DNA of 14,856 nt from a virus. Its lineage: Duplodnaviria > Heunggongvirae > Uroviricota > Caudoviricetes. The stretch lies in the IMG/VR virus record IMGVR_UViG_2778261223_000017. The stretch is one strand, 5' to 3'. The position numbers and the translations under genes were made by a program. Of the stretch, positions 1 through 7,078 are shown piece by piece (within the stretch, counting starts at the first letter, position 1; every line of letters starts with the position of its first letter). The notes under the pieces were generated by a model. The model ran no database searches. It had not been told where the DNA came from and saw nothing but the letters and a program-made list of their open reading frames with translations.

Positions 1-77
1 ATGCTTCCATCGGAAACGATGATCTGGCAGCCTGAGTTCACAGATAAAACACTCTCCAGGAAACCCGGGGCGGTTCA
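1..77 (+). mobile_element. Partial IS3-family insertion sequence, right end (terminal inverted repeat about 41-77)
   Basis: Bases 41-77 (cagataaaacactctccaggaaacccggggcggttca) are an imperfect inverted copy of 14780-14816; the terminal 13 nt and a CTCCAGGA core match exactly. The TG...CA termini are typical of IS3-family elements. A frame-3 ORF fragment ends at 33-35, as expected for a transposase C-terminus just inside the repeat. The exact IS name was not determined. Confidence 0.6.
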
Positions 78-142
78 GGAACGTTACCTGAGCAAGCTGA
101 AAAAATGTTTATGGAGTATGTGAAGAAAGGTTCTTAATTTAC

Positions 143-168
143 AACAAAGGCGGTTATCCCGCCTTTTA
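143..168. terminator. Stem-loop (aaaggcgg / ccgccttt) with flanking T/A runs, likely terminator downstream of the 171-920 gene
   Basis: Perfect 8-bp inverted repeat with a 5-nt loop seen directly, located just past the stop of the minus-strand gene. Confidence 0.5.
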
Positions 169-170
169 TA

Positions 171-920
171 TTACTTGTCCTTTGATGTCGATTGAGACTC
201 ATATATTGTCTCTACGTCATCTATTAGTTTATTAATACCCCACAATCCAGTGTCTTTATAAAAATCACTTTCTTCAATTGCTTTTAATAAATCGGCAAAA
301 TCTTCTTGCGTGGAAATTCTTTTCTTTTTTGCTTTATATATATCGACAATTACTTTTATGCCGTGATACAGATTCACTCTGGCACTCTCAATCTCTCTCT
401 TCTTCTCTTCAATTGCAGACAATAATTTATATTGATCTTCTGTTTGCTTTTCTAGACTTAAAAGCTTGCTCTCTTTTTGCTTCAAGTTGATCTGCAAATC
501 TTTTATTCTTGCCCTCTCTTCTAAATCAAACTCATAGTCAATGTATCTAATTCTTGCATAGTTCCTGCCTGTTGCTTTTGATATACACATTGTTATATAA
601 GGCATTACCACTGACGCAGTGGTTCCATATATAAATGGCATAACAAAATGAGCCACAAACGGAGATACAATGATGGGGCCAACATAAGGAAAGTGATATT
701 TCTCACCAACCCATACTATAGACAATGTTGTATATATATCGTACTTTGATCTAAATAATATAATAATATCCTGCCAGTTAACGACAAAAAAAGAAACCAC
801 AACATATGCAAACAATTTATTAAATAACTTGTCTCTTATGGCTTCTTCGATTGTGTTCCTGACTGTGACATTTTCATCTTTATTTTCTAATGATGAATCT
901 TTGCTCATATAAAAATTCAA
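171..920 (-). CDS. Hypothetical membrane protein: hydrophobic N-terminal half (two to three predicted TM segments), charged coiled-coil-like C-terminal half
   Basis: Long ORF (249 aa) in a visibly AT-rich segment with Lys/Ile/Tyr-rich codon usage unlike its neighbours. Hydrophobic stretches LFAYVVVSFFVV and IIVSPFVAHFVMPFIYGTTASVVMPYI; C-terminal KE-rich heptad-like region. No recognisable catalytic motif. A weak AGAAGG sits upstream of the ATG at 920; an alternative start is at 908. Confidence 0.65.
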   Translation of the reverse strand: MNFYMSKDSSLENKDENVTVRNTIEEAIRDKLFNKLFAYVVVSFFVVNWQDIIILFRSKYDIYTTLSIVWVGEKYHFPYVGPIIVSPFVAHFVMPFIYGTTASVVMPYITMCISKATGRNYARIRYIDYEFDLEERARIKDLQINLKQKESKLLSLEKQTEDQYKLLSAIEEKKREIESARVNLYHGIKVIVDIYKAKKKRISTQEDFADLLKAIEESDFYKDTGLWGINKLIDDVETIYESQSTSKDK

Positions 921-945
921 ACCTTCTTATCTTTATTTTTGGTGA

Positions 946-964
946 AGGCGGTCTTCCAGACCGC
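946..964. other. Intercistronic perfect hairpin (ggcggtct-tcc-agaccgcc) between the HTH gene stop and the membrane-protein gene start
   Basis: 8-bp perfect inverted repeat with 3-nt loop seen directly. It is not followed by a U-run on either strand, so it is more likely an RNA processing or stability element than a terminator. Confidence 0.35.
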
Positions 965-969
965 CAAAC

Positions 970-1329
970 TCAAACACCAACCAGGCTTTCAAGAGGAATG
1001 CCAAACTGGGAATGTAAACGACGAATCATAGGTAACGTCAAATTTCGCGTGCCATTAAGCACTTCGTAAACACGGTTTGACTTACCAATCGCCGGTTCCA
1101 GATCCTTCACGGTCAGCCCTTGCTGTTCCATGCGGAACTTAATGGCCTCAATAGGTGATGGTGGTTGAATTGGGTAATGTTTCTTCTCGTACTCCTCAAT
1201 GAGAAGACTCATAACCTCAAAGAAATCAGCTTCCGGAGTATTCATTTCCGGTTCGTTATCGAACATCGGTTCGACCGCACGCAGTGCGGCCTCATAATCT
1301 TGTTCTGTACGGATAGGTTTAATGTTCAT
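970..1329 (-). CDS. HTH-XRE family protein resembling HigA-type antitoxins (C-terminal helix-turn-helix)
   Basis: 119-aa ORF. The C-terminal segment LTVKDLEPAIGKSNRVYEVLNGTRNLTLPMIRRLHSQFGIPLESL resembles the HTH region of E. coli HigA-family antitoxins as I recall them; the N-terminal IKPIRTEQDYEAAL is typical of that family. Not verified by search. Confidence 0.6.
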   Translation of the reverse strand: MNIKPIRTEQDYEAALRAVEPMFDNEPEMNTPEADFFEVMSLLIEEYEKKHYPIQPPSPIEAIKFRMEQQGLTVKDLEPAIGKSNRVYEVLNGTRNLTLPMIRRLHSQFGIPLESLVGV

Positions 1330-1341
1330 TAATTACAAAGG

Positions 1342-1370
1342 AAAGCCCACTTGCTAAGTGGGCTTTTTGT
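1342..1370. terminator. Hairpin aaagcccactt / aagtgggcttt followed by TTTTT; bidirectional-looking terminator between higA and the downstream HTH gene
   Basis: Inverted repeat and T-run seen directly. Confidence 0.5.
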
Positions 1371-1385
1371 ATGTGTTTTACTATA

Positions 1386-1724
1386 TCAGGCTGCTTTTTT
1401 ATTCAGGTTACGCTGAGAAATAAATTTTTCAGCAGTATTGATACGACTTAACTCTTCCTGAACGCGCATATCATTTTCGACTTCCCACAGATCTACTGCG
1501 GTCTGAAGATTAATCCAAAAATCTACAGAAGTATCGAATGCTTTTGCCAGGCGATATGCCATATCCATCGTTAGCTTACGATTATTATTAACAAGAGCAC
1601 TTACGGTGTTACGATGAACATGAAGTATTTCTGCTAACTCGTTGATCTTCAGCTCTAACGGCTCCAGGTATTCGTACAGCAGGATATCACCTACGGTCGT
1701 CGGTTTTCTGGTTGCCTGTTTCAT
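1386..1724 (-). CDS. higA: HigA antitoxin (HTH, VapI/COG3093-like)
   Basis: 112-aa ORF directly downstream of the higB-like gene on the same strand. The motif TVGDILLYEYLEPLELKINELAEILHVHRNTVSALVNNNRKLTMDMAYRLAKAFDTSVDFWINLQ matches the HigA/VapI antidote HTH family by recall. Confidence 0.8.
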   Translation of the reverse strand: MKQATRKPTTVGDILLYEYLEPLELKINELAEILHVHRNTVSALVNNNRKLTMDMAYRLAKAFDTSVDFWINLQTAVDLWEVENDMRVQEELSRINTAEKFISQRNLNKKAA

Positions 1725-1794
1725 TTTTTGCCCTTACTAGCGTGCGTATTAAGTGGACTCTGGTCAGAACCCGGTCCGTAACCGGGTATCTGTT

Positions 1795-2097
1795 TTAGTA
1801 TTTGTGAGGGTCGAGATACAAGTCCTCGGCCTTTCCGTTAACCCACTTAAAAATTAACCTATATTGCTTATTCACCCTTACTGATGAATAGCCATTTAGC
1901 TTCCCTGACAGTTCCTCATACCGATTACCTGGTGGTGATCTTAAATCCTTACAGGTAGTTGCGGCATTGATAATGTCCAACTTCCGTGACAATGTCATAT
2001 GAATATCAGGAGGTATCTTTCTATGTGGTGTTGAAAATTCAAAAAAATCATCAAGCCACGCATCCCTGAAATCCTTTATGTTAATTTTTTTGGTCAT
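1795..2097 (-). CDS. higB: HigB toxin (plasmid maintenance killer protein, RelE/ParE superfamily)
   Basis: 100-aa ORF. KDFRDAW...LRSPPGNRYEELSGKLNGYSSVRVNKQYRLIFKWVNGKAEDLYLDPHKY matches the HigB/killer-protein family pattern by recall. Toxin-first order with higA downstream. Confidence 0.8.
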   Translation of the reverse strand: MTKKINIKDFRDAWLDDFFEFSTPHRKIPPDIHMTLSRKLDIINAATTCKDLRSPPGNRYEELSGKLNGYSSVRVNKQYRLIFKWVNGKAEDLYLDPHKY

Positions 2098-2142
2098 TAG
2101 TCATTTGATCCTCCGTGATGATTACCGAATGCCATAACTATA

Positions 2143-2179
2143 GCGCACCGTTGCACTGTGCGCAAGTGCATTTTATGAA
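2143..2179. promoter_or_regulatory. Divergent promoter/operator region between higB and the four-gene operon
   Basis: Inverted repeat GCGCAC-N8-GTGCGC overlapping a TTGCAC / 17 bp / TATGAA promoter-like arrangement on the + strand. All read by eye; function inferred. Confidence 0.3.
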
Positions 2180-2259
2180 TTCCCCCTCCTTCATCCAAAA
2201 TCACAATCTCCCGAAAATCTTCCTTTCGATACCTGACAGATCGACCTTTGAGGATGCTT

Positions 2260-3051
2260 ATGGGCCGTTTTGACGAATGGTTTGCTGACGATGCAAACCT
2301 GGCAAGTAAGGAGTCAGAACATGACAGCACGCAGAGAGAAACGCCAGCGCCGATTGAAGTGAATGCAGGAGGCGCGCCGGAACATGGCAATACCGGTTCG
2401 GATTCATTCAGCATTCTGGAAGAGCAACCCGCCGCCAAAGCTGATAGCCATGATAATTTTGCTGATAGCAACGGTGGCCTTACTCCGGATGCTGGCGAAT
2501 CAGATATAGCCATACTTCCACCTTCCCTGGCTGGCAGAGAATCAACTCCACAGCTAAAAGCACGCTATAACGGGCATAAAGCCTTTAACGACCAAATCCG
2601 CGCAGACTGGATGCTGATTATTGAATCCAGCCCAGACGCGTTTCAGGCTCTCTTATATCGACCAGATGTTGGCACATATGGGGTAGTCAGCGACGAAACA
2701 GGAGAAGAGTCATTCACTGAACTGGATAACAACCAACGCGAACTGACTTACCAGGAACCTGAAATCGTTTATGTGCTGGATAACCCTGACGGGCGTGACT
2801 CTTTCCATGCGATTGACGCAGACGGTGAGCAGGATGGCTTAACCGATGATGTTCTGATTCTGCGTATTGCAGCAAATAACGTCCCCGTCGGCTCAATTCT
2901 TGAATGGAATGAAGAGATGGTAAACGGCGTAGCGCGCCGCTGGTGGTACGTGCACCGTATTTTTAGCTACGGCACACAGCATGTTGGTTCGCTTTACTAC
3001 TGCATACCTGCCAGGAATTTTGATACGACTCAAAACGGAGTGATCGAATGA
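2260..3051 (+). CDS. Hypothetical protein, first gene of four-gene operon; acidic low-complexity N-terminal region and structured C-terminal domain
   Basis: ORF with GAGGA Shine-Dalgarno about 5 nt before the ATG at 2260 (the track's 2248 start is a TTG). N-terminal about 110 aa are D/E/S/G/P-rich; the C-terminus contains RRWWYVHRIFSYGTQHVGSLYYCIPARNFD. The stop overlaps the next start (ATGA at 3048-3051). No family recognised. Confidence 0.6.
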   Translation: MGRFDEWFADDANLASKESEHDSTQRETPAPIEVNAGGAPEHGNTGSDSFSILEEQPAAKADSHDNFADSNGGLTPDAGESDIAILPPSLAGRESTPQLKARYNGHKAFNDQIRADWMLIIESSPDAFQALLYRPDVGTYGVVSDETGEESFTELDNNQRELTYQEPEIVYVLDNPDGRDSFHAIDADGEQDGLTDDVLILRIAANNVPVGSILEWNEEMVNGVARRWWYVHRIFSYGTQHVGSLYYCIPARNFDTTQNGVIE

Positions 3052-3815
3052 CTTCAAATAAAACCCTCCTGGCGCGAACAGGTGAATGGCAAACCTCACG
3101 CACAGGAAAATTCCAGACCACGGGCTTTGAAAACGTGGATAACGCGTTTGCGACGCTAATCAGCAACATTTTTTCTGATATCTTACTGGTGGCCCCCGCG
3201 CCGGAAGAAAAACGCTTTGCGTCATTCCTGAATCGTCCACCAGCAGAGCGTGTTTATGTGGCCCGTTTCGACAATGCGATCGAGTTTCTTAAAGCAGTTC
3301 GTCGCGCAAATGCCGGGCAAGGGAGAAAACCTGAAAACCAGAACATTAACCGGGATGCTCTCCCCCTGGTCAATATCTCACGCACTATGGATATCAATTA
3401 TATCAACGATGATCAGCAGATTGACCGCAAAAAAGTAGCCAGTTTTTGCGAACCGGATACCGGAATGCCTTTAGCAGAACTGGAATACACCCAGGCTATT
3501 CTGACGTATGACGTTACGTTAATGGCAACTGATAAAGCGACCATGAGTCTGATGTGTAATTCGCTGGGCGCACGGCTTCGCCTGATGACAGGTACACAAT
3601 TTGAAGCAACCACTCACCTTGTTCGTGTCCCGGTCCCGCTGATTTGCTCGATACAGGATGCCAAAGAAGTCGGCTTTACGGATGTTTCAGCACCAATTGG
3701 AGAAGAGCGTATTTATGCCACACAAGCGCCGATAAGTGTGATTGCAGACGTGATCACAGCATGGGAGTTGGACGCAAAACGTATTATTACCGAAACCTCG
3801 ATATCTATGGGGTGA
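3048..3815 (+). CDS. Hypothetical protein, second gene of four-gene operon
   Basis: 255-aa ORF translationally coupled to the upstream gene (ATGA overlap). No family recognised. Confidence 0.6.
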   Translation: MTSNKTLLARTGEWQTSRTGKFQTTGFENVDNAFATLISNIFSDILLVAPAPEEKRFASFLNRPPAERVYVARFDNAIEFLKAVRRANAGQGRKPENQNINRDALPLVNISRTMDINYINDDQQIDRKKVASFCEPDTGMPLAELEYTQAILTYDVTLMATDKATMSLMCNSLGARLRLMTGTQFEATTHLVRVPVPLICSIQDAKEVGFTDVSAPIGEERIYATQAPISVIADVITAWELDAKRIITETSISMG

Positions 3816-3818
3816 TAA

Positions 3819-4799
3819 GTGGCCCAGGAGTTACAACAATATTTTCTACAGTCAGTGCTCATTAACGATAACAAAGTGCCACGAGACTGGATTTTTACCG
3901 CAGTATATGTAGAAAAAACCAGCCTCAAAGCCCCTTTGCTAAAACTGGAAATTCATGACGCTACCGGCACCGTAATTGATGACTGGAAAGCCAAATACGG
4001 TGCATCGCTGGTGGCTGAAATGGGCGATCCAAACGGTAATGCAGGCACTTTTAAAACAGATTTCTTTGTTACGTCTGCAATGCTGGCTGGTGATGTTGTT
4101 ACCGTTATTGCTGTCAGTGAAGACGTGCGCAGGTTTAAGATCCCCTCCCCGCGCACAAATTTACATACCAACAAAACACCAGACGCTATATTCAAGGCAT
4201 ATTCCGGCAAGCTTAAAATTACCAGCAGCGTGCTAAAACGCGCAGTTACATATCATCTGAATGCCGGTGACAAACCGTCAAAAATGCTTTCGGAGATAGC
4301 GCGAGACAAAGGTGCATTATGTTGGGTATGCCGGGGGGAATTTAACTTTTACACCCTGGCTGATCTGATGAAGCAAACGCCATCATTTACCTACGAGGGG
4401 AATAACCCTAAAGCAGAATACACTTTGTCCAAAATGCGCCTACTCCAACAGGAACATGCGACAACAGCAAAGAATCAATATCGTTTTGTTGGGTATTCCA
4501 TGACCGATGGCTACGTCGAATATGGCGATAGCTCACTCCCAGTGCGTTATATATCCGACTCTGATATGGAAACTCTTCGCAATATGCAGCTGTCTCTCGT
4601 CCCCAAAATGGATATAGAAGTCGCAGGCAATCCTGATATAAAACCGGGGATGGTGATAGAGATTATCGTATACCGCTATGACCAGGAAAACCGCATTGAT
4701 GAATCAATGCCCCGTAAGCTGATAGTAAAAAATGTTGCGCACTTTGAAGACCGCGTAGGCTACACAACACGAATGATATTGGGAGTGCCGAACAAATGA
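3819..4799 (+). CDS. Putative phage baseplate hub protein (late control gene D / gp27-like)
   Basis: 326-aa ORF with a GTG start 4 nt after the previous stop. Segments KMLSEIARDKGALCWVCRGEFNF and GNPDIKPGMVIEIIVYRYDQENRIDESMPRKLIVKNVAHFEDRVGYTTRMIL resemble conserved regions of P2 gpD-family hub proteins by recall. Immediately followed by, and coupled to, a spike-like gene. Confidence 0.5.
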   Translation: MAQELQQYFLQSVLINDNKVPRDWIFTAVYVEKTSLKAPLLKLEIHDATGTVIDDWKAKYGASLVAEMGDPNGNAGTFKTDFFVTSAMLAGDVVTVIAVSEDVRRFKIPSPRTNLHTNKTPDAIFKAYSGKLKITSSVLKRAVTYHLNAGDKPSKMLSEIARDKGALCWVCRGEFNFYTLADLMKQTPSFTYEGNNPKAEYTLSKMRLLQQEHATTAKNQYRFVGYSMTDGYVEYGDSSLPVRYISDSDMETLRNMQLSLVPKMDIEVAGNPDIKPGMVIEIIVYRYDQENRIDESMPRKLIVKNVAHFEDRVGYTTRMILGVPNK

Positions 4800-5449
4800 A
4801 GCGTAGAGCGCAAATTGTTGGAACTGTGCACCCGGCAGGGCTTATGCGTGCTCAAGTCCGTGTTTTACCTGACTGGAATGGCGTTCCTGATGACGATCTA
4901 CCCTGGGCGGAATACCTGTTACCCATCGGAAACGCTTTTGTACCCACAGTCAAAGGTGACCTGGTCTGGGTAGAGTTTCCTTATTTAGATGTTAACGGTC
5001 GAATAGACACCAGACGCCCAATGATAGTTGGTGCCGCTCAGGATGCACCGGGAGGAATTCCAAACGTTGCACCAGAAGCATCTGGCAAAGGCAACGGCTG
5101 GACGCCGCCGGAAGTAGATGGAGCACCTCCCCGCCCCCAAATCTCAGCAACGAAAGACTTCGTTATTCACCGCAACAATATTCTTGAAGTACGAACTGCT
5201 GGTGGCGGCTATGAAATTGCCAATACGGCAGCAGGCGCAAGGATTGGCATGAATGAGTCCGGGCAGATATATATCATTGGTCCGGCTGATGTAATCGTGA
5301 ATGCAGGAGGGAGTGTTAACGTCAAATCAGCCAACAACATCAATGTTAATGGGGAAAATATAGCTGTCACCGCTAACGGAGACATAGCTTTCAAGGCAGG
5401 AGGAACCTTTCAGGCCACTGCTGGCAACTTCGATTTCAAGAAAGGATAG
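4796..5449 (+). CDS. Putative baseplate central spike (gpV / gp5-like OB-fold N-terminus with C-terminal beta-helix repeats)
   Basis: 217-aa ORF. N-terminal IVGTVHPAGLMRAQVRVLPDW...PWAEYLLP...VKGDLVWVEF fits the gp5/VgrG/gpV OB-fold signature. The C-terminus is Gly/Asn/Val/Ala-rich with short periodic repeats (VIVNAGGSVNVKSANNINVNGENIAVTANGDIAFKAGG) typical of a spike beta-helix. ATGA coupling at 4796-4799. Confidence 0.65.
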   Translation: MKRRAQIVGTVHPAGLMRAQVRVLPDWNGVPDDDLPWAEYLLPIGNAFVPTVKGDLVWVEFPYLDVNGRIDTRRPMIVGAAQDAPGGIPNVAPEASGKGNGWTPPEVDGAPPRPQISATKDFVIHRNNILEVRTAGGGYEIANTAAGARIGMNESGQIYIIGPADVIVNAGGSVNVKSANNINVNGENIAVTANGDIAFKAGGTFQATAGNFDFKKG

Positions 5450-5457
5450 AAAATGCA

Positions 5458-5502
5458 CCCATTTGTGTTAGATAATTAATATGTATTTTCTAACACAAAT
5501 GG
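5458..5502. repeat. Perfect 14-bp inverted repeat (ccatttgtgttaga ... tctaacacaaatgg) with 17-bp AT-rich spacer
   Basis: Seen directly between the spike gene stop (5449) and the rdgC-like start (5509). Candidate operator or terminator-like hairpin. Confidence 0.5.
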
Positions 5503-5508
5503 TGATAC

Positions 5509-6414
5509 ATGAGATCAGTCGCTTTCAAAAATATCTTCATCTATCGTCTTTCACGCGAAGTTAGCTGGGATACTGCAGAAGTAAATGCAGCCCTTAGCAA
5601 GTTTGTGTTTACCCCATGCGGTTCTCAGGATATGGCTAAAGCTGGTTGGACCTCCGTTCTTGGTGACAACCTCACCCATGAATACCAGGGTTTTCTTCTG
5701 ATACAGCATAAACGAGAGGAAAAAATCCTACCTTCTCAAGTGCTCAAAGAAGAGTTACAGAAAAAAATCCTGACACTTGAAGAAGAGCAAGACAGAAAGC
5801 TGAAGAAGACCGAAAAAGATTCGCTGAAGGATGAAGTGCTTCACTCTCTTCTTCCTCGTGCTTTCACGAGAAAATCACTCGCCAAAATCCTGATCGACCG
5901 CAGAAACCATCTGGTATTCGTTGAGGCAAGCAGCGCCAAAAAGGCAGAGGACCAGCTGGCTTTATTGCGAAAATCGCTCGGCAGCCTGCCTGTCATTCCA
6001 TTCACACCACGCGAACCGCTGGAAATTACAATGACCGAGTGGTTTAAAAACGGCTTCCCTGCCGGATTTACAGCAGGTGAAGACGCCAAATTAAAGGGTC
6101 TGCTCGATAATGGTGGTGCCGTTCGCTGCAACAAAGTTGATCTACAGTCCGACGAGATTATGTCTCACATTGAGGCGGGGAAAGTAGCTACGACCGTTGC
6201 AATTAACTGGATGGACCGCGCGTCGTTCAGAGTCAACGATGATATGAGTATCAAAGCCCTGACATTCTGTGATGATCTCTATGACCAGAACGACGATATC
6301 GACCGGGAGGATGTAGCACAACGATTTGATGCTGATTTCGTGCTCTTTACGGGCGAATTATCTGCACTGTTTAACGCGCTGGTGGAGGCCATTGGCGGTG
6401 AAGCAGAACGATAA
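5509..6414 (+). CDS. rdgC: RdgC-like recombination-associated DNA-binding protein (divergent homolog)
   Basis: 301-aa ORF. N-terminus [10 protein letters not shown]...[14 protein letters not shown] and central [23 protein letters not shown]...[26 protein letters not shown] closely parallel E. coli RdgC (about 303 aa) as I recall it, though clearly diverged elsewhere. Confidence 0.8.
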   Translation: MRSVAFKNIFIYRLSREVSWDTAEVNAALSKFVFTPCGSQDMAKAGWTSVLGDNLTHEYQGFLLIQHKREEKILPSQVLKEELQKKILTLEEEQDRKLKKTEKDSLKDEVLHSLLPRAFTRKSLAKILIDRRNHLVFVEASSAKKAEDQLALLRKSLGSLPVIPFTPREPLEITMTEWFKNGFPAGFTAGEDAKLKGLLDNGGAVRCNKVDLQSDEIMSHIEAGKVATTVAINWMDRASFRVNDDMSIKALTFCDDLYDQNDDIDREDVAQRFDADFVLFTGELSALFNALVEAIGGEAER

Positions 6415-6430
6415 TAACCGACCGCTTGTT

Positions 6431-7078
6431 GTGAGTCTTTGTGATTTTACGGGGGCAATGGTTGCCCCCTGGCTGGAATACGGTGTCGATGCCGCTATCG
6501 TCGATCCACAGCACTTATCGACCAGTGACGAGCGGATGCAATCAGGTGCCGTTCTGACGCGTATTAGTGCGATCATCGATAGCGATGAAGTATACGCTTT
6601 TCTCCGTAAGAATTTGCAGCGCATCGTGTTTCTGGCCGGGTTCCCACCGTGTACTGACCTGGCTGTTTCCGGCGCGCGCTGGTTTTCGGACAAGGCTAAT
6701 AAAGATCCGGTTTTCCAGTTCAAAGCAATGCAGGTTGTCTGGCAGTGTTATGACATTGCAAAGATGATCGGTTGTCCGTACATGATTGAAAATCCGGTCA
6801 GCAAAATATCGACATTCTGGCGTAAGCCAGATCACATCTTTCACCCTTACTTCTTCACTGCATATTGTCAGGAAGATAACTACACCAAAAAAACATGCCT
6901 CTGGAGCGGCCAGGGCTTTGTCATGCCTGATGCCCTAATGGACGAATCATTAGGCAAGCCAGATAACAGAATCCATGCCGCGCCACCAGGGCCTGACAGG
7001 GCTAATTTTCGAAGTGCTACTCCACATGGATTCGCAAAGGCAGTTTTCGAAGCGAATAAGGGGGTGCTCTATGAGTAA
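6431..7078 (+). CDS. Putative short DNA (cytosine-5) methyltransferase-like protein
   Basis: Contains a motif-I-like LCDFTG, a motif-IV-like GFPPCTDLAVSG (Pro-Cys) and a motif-VI-like IENP. The start is uncertain: the ORF is open back to 6326 and overlaps the rdgC-like gene; GTG 6431 was chosen because it lies just after the rdgC stop and precedes motif I. About 215 aa is short for a C5-methyltransferase, so the call is tentative. Confidence 0.45.
   Translation: MSLCDFTGAMVAPWLEYGVDAAIVDPQHLSTSDERMQSGAVLTRISAIIDSDEVYAFLRKNLQRIVFLAGFPPCTDLAVSGARWFSDKANKDPVFQFKAMQVVWQCYDIAKMIGCPYMIENPVSKISTFWRKPDHIFHPYFFTAYCQEDNYTKKTCLWSGQGFVMPDALMDESLGKPDNRIHAAPPGPDRANFRSATPHGFAKAVFEANKGVLYE

Noticed and set aside
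278-490. Plus-strand 70-aa ORF inside the AT-rich membrane protein gene
   Set aside because: Antisense to the longer ORF; low-complexity Leu/Ser-rich translation typical of an AT-rich shadow frame.
1736-1794. Small hairpin (cccggt-ccgta-accggg) in the higB-higA intergenic gap as a possible terminator
   Set aside because: Short 6-bp stem with no U-run and located inside a toxin-antitoxin operon where read-through is expected; more likely incidental or a minor RNA structure.
2097-2513. Minus-strand 138-aa ORF overlapping the higB promoter region and the first operon gene
   Set aside because: It overlaps a better-supported plus-strand gene and the divergent promoter region, has Ser/Ala/Leu-rich low-complexity composition and no ribosome-binding site.
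2714-3928. Minus- and plus-strand small ORFs (60-73 aa) overlapping operon genes one to three
   Set aside because: Embedded in or antisense to longer coupled genes; basic low-complexity translations; no independent signals.
3953-4236. Two small ORFs (85 and 86 aa) inside the hub-like gene
   Set aside because: Alternate-frame and antisense overlaps of a longer ORF with motif support.
5209-6134. Minus-strand ORFs (61 and 97 aa) within the spike and rdgC-like genes
   Set aside because: Antisense to genes with recognisable family motifs.
6358-6844. Minus- and plus-strand ORFs (121, 100 and 66 aa) across the C5-methyltransferase-like gene
   Set aside because: Overlap the methyltransferase frame that carries the PC and ENP motifs; no supporting features.
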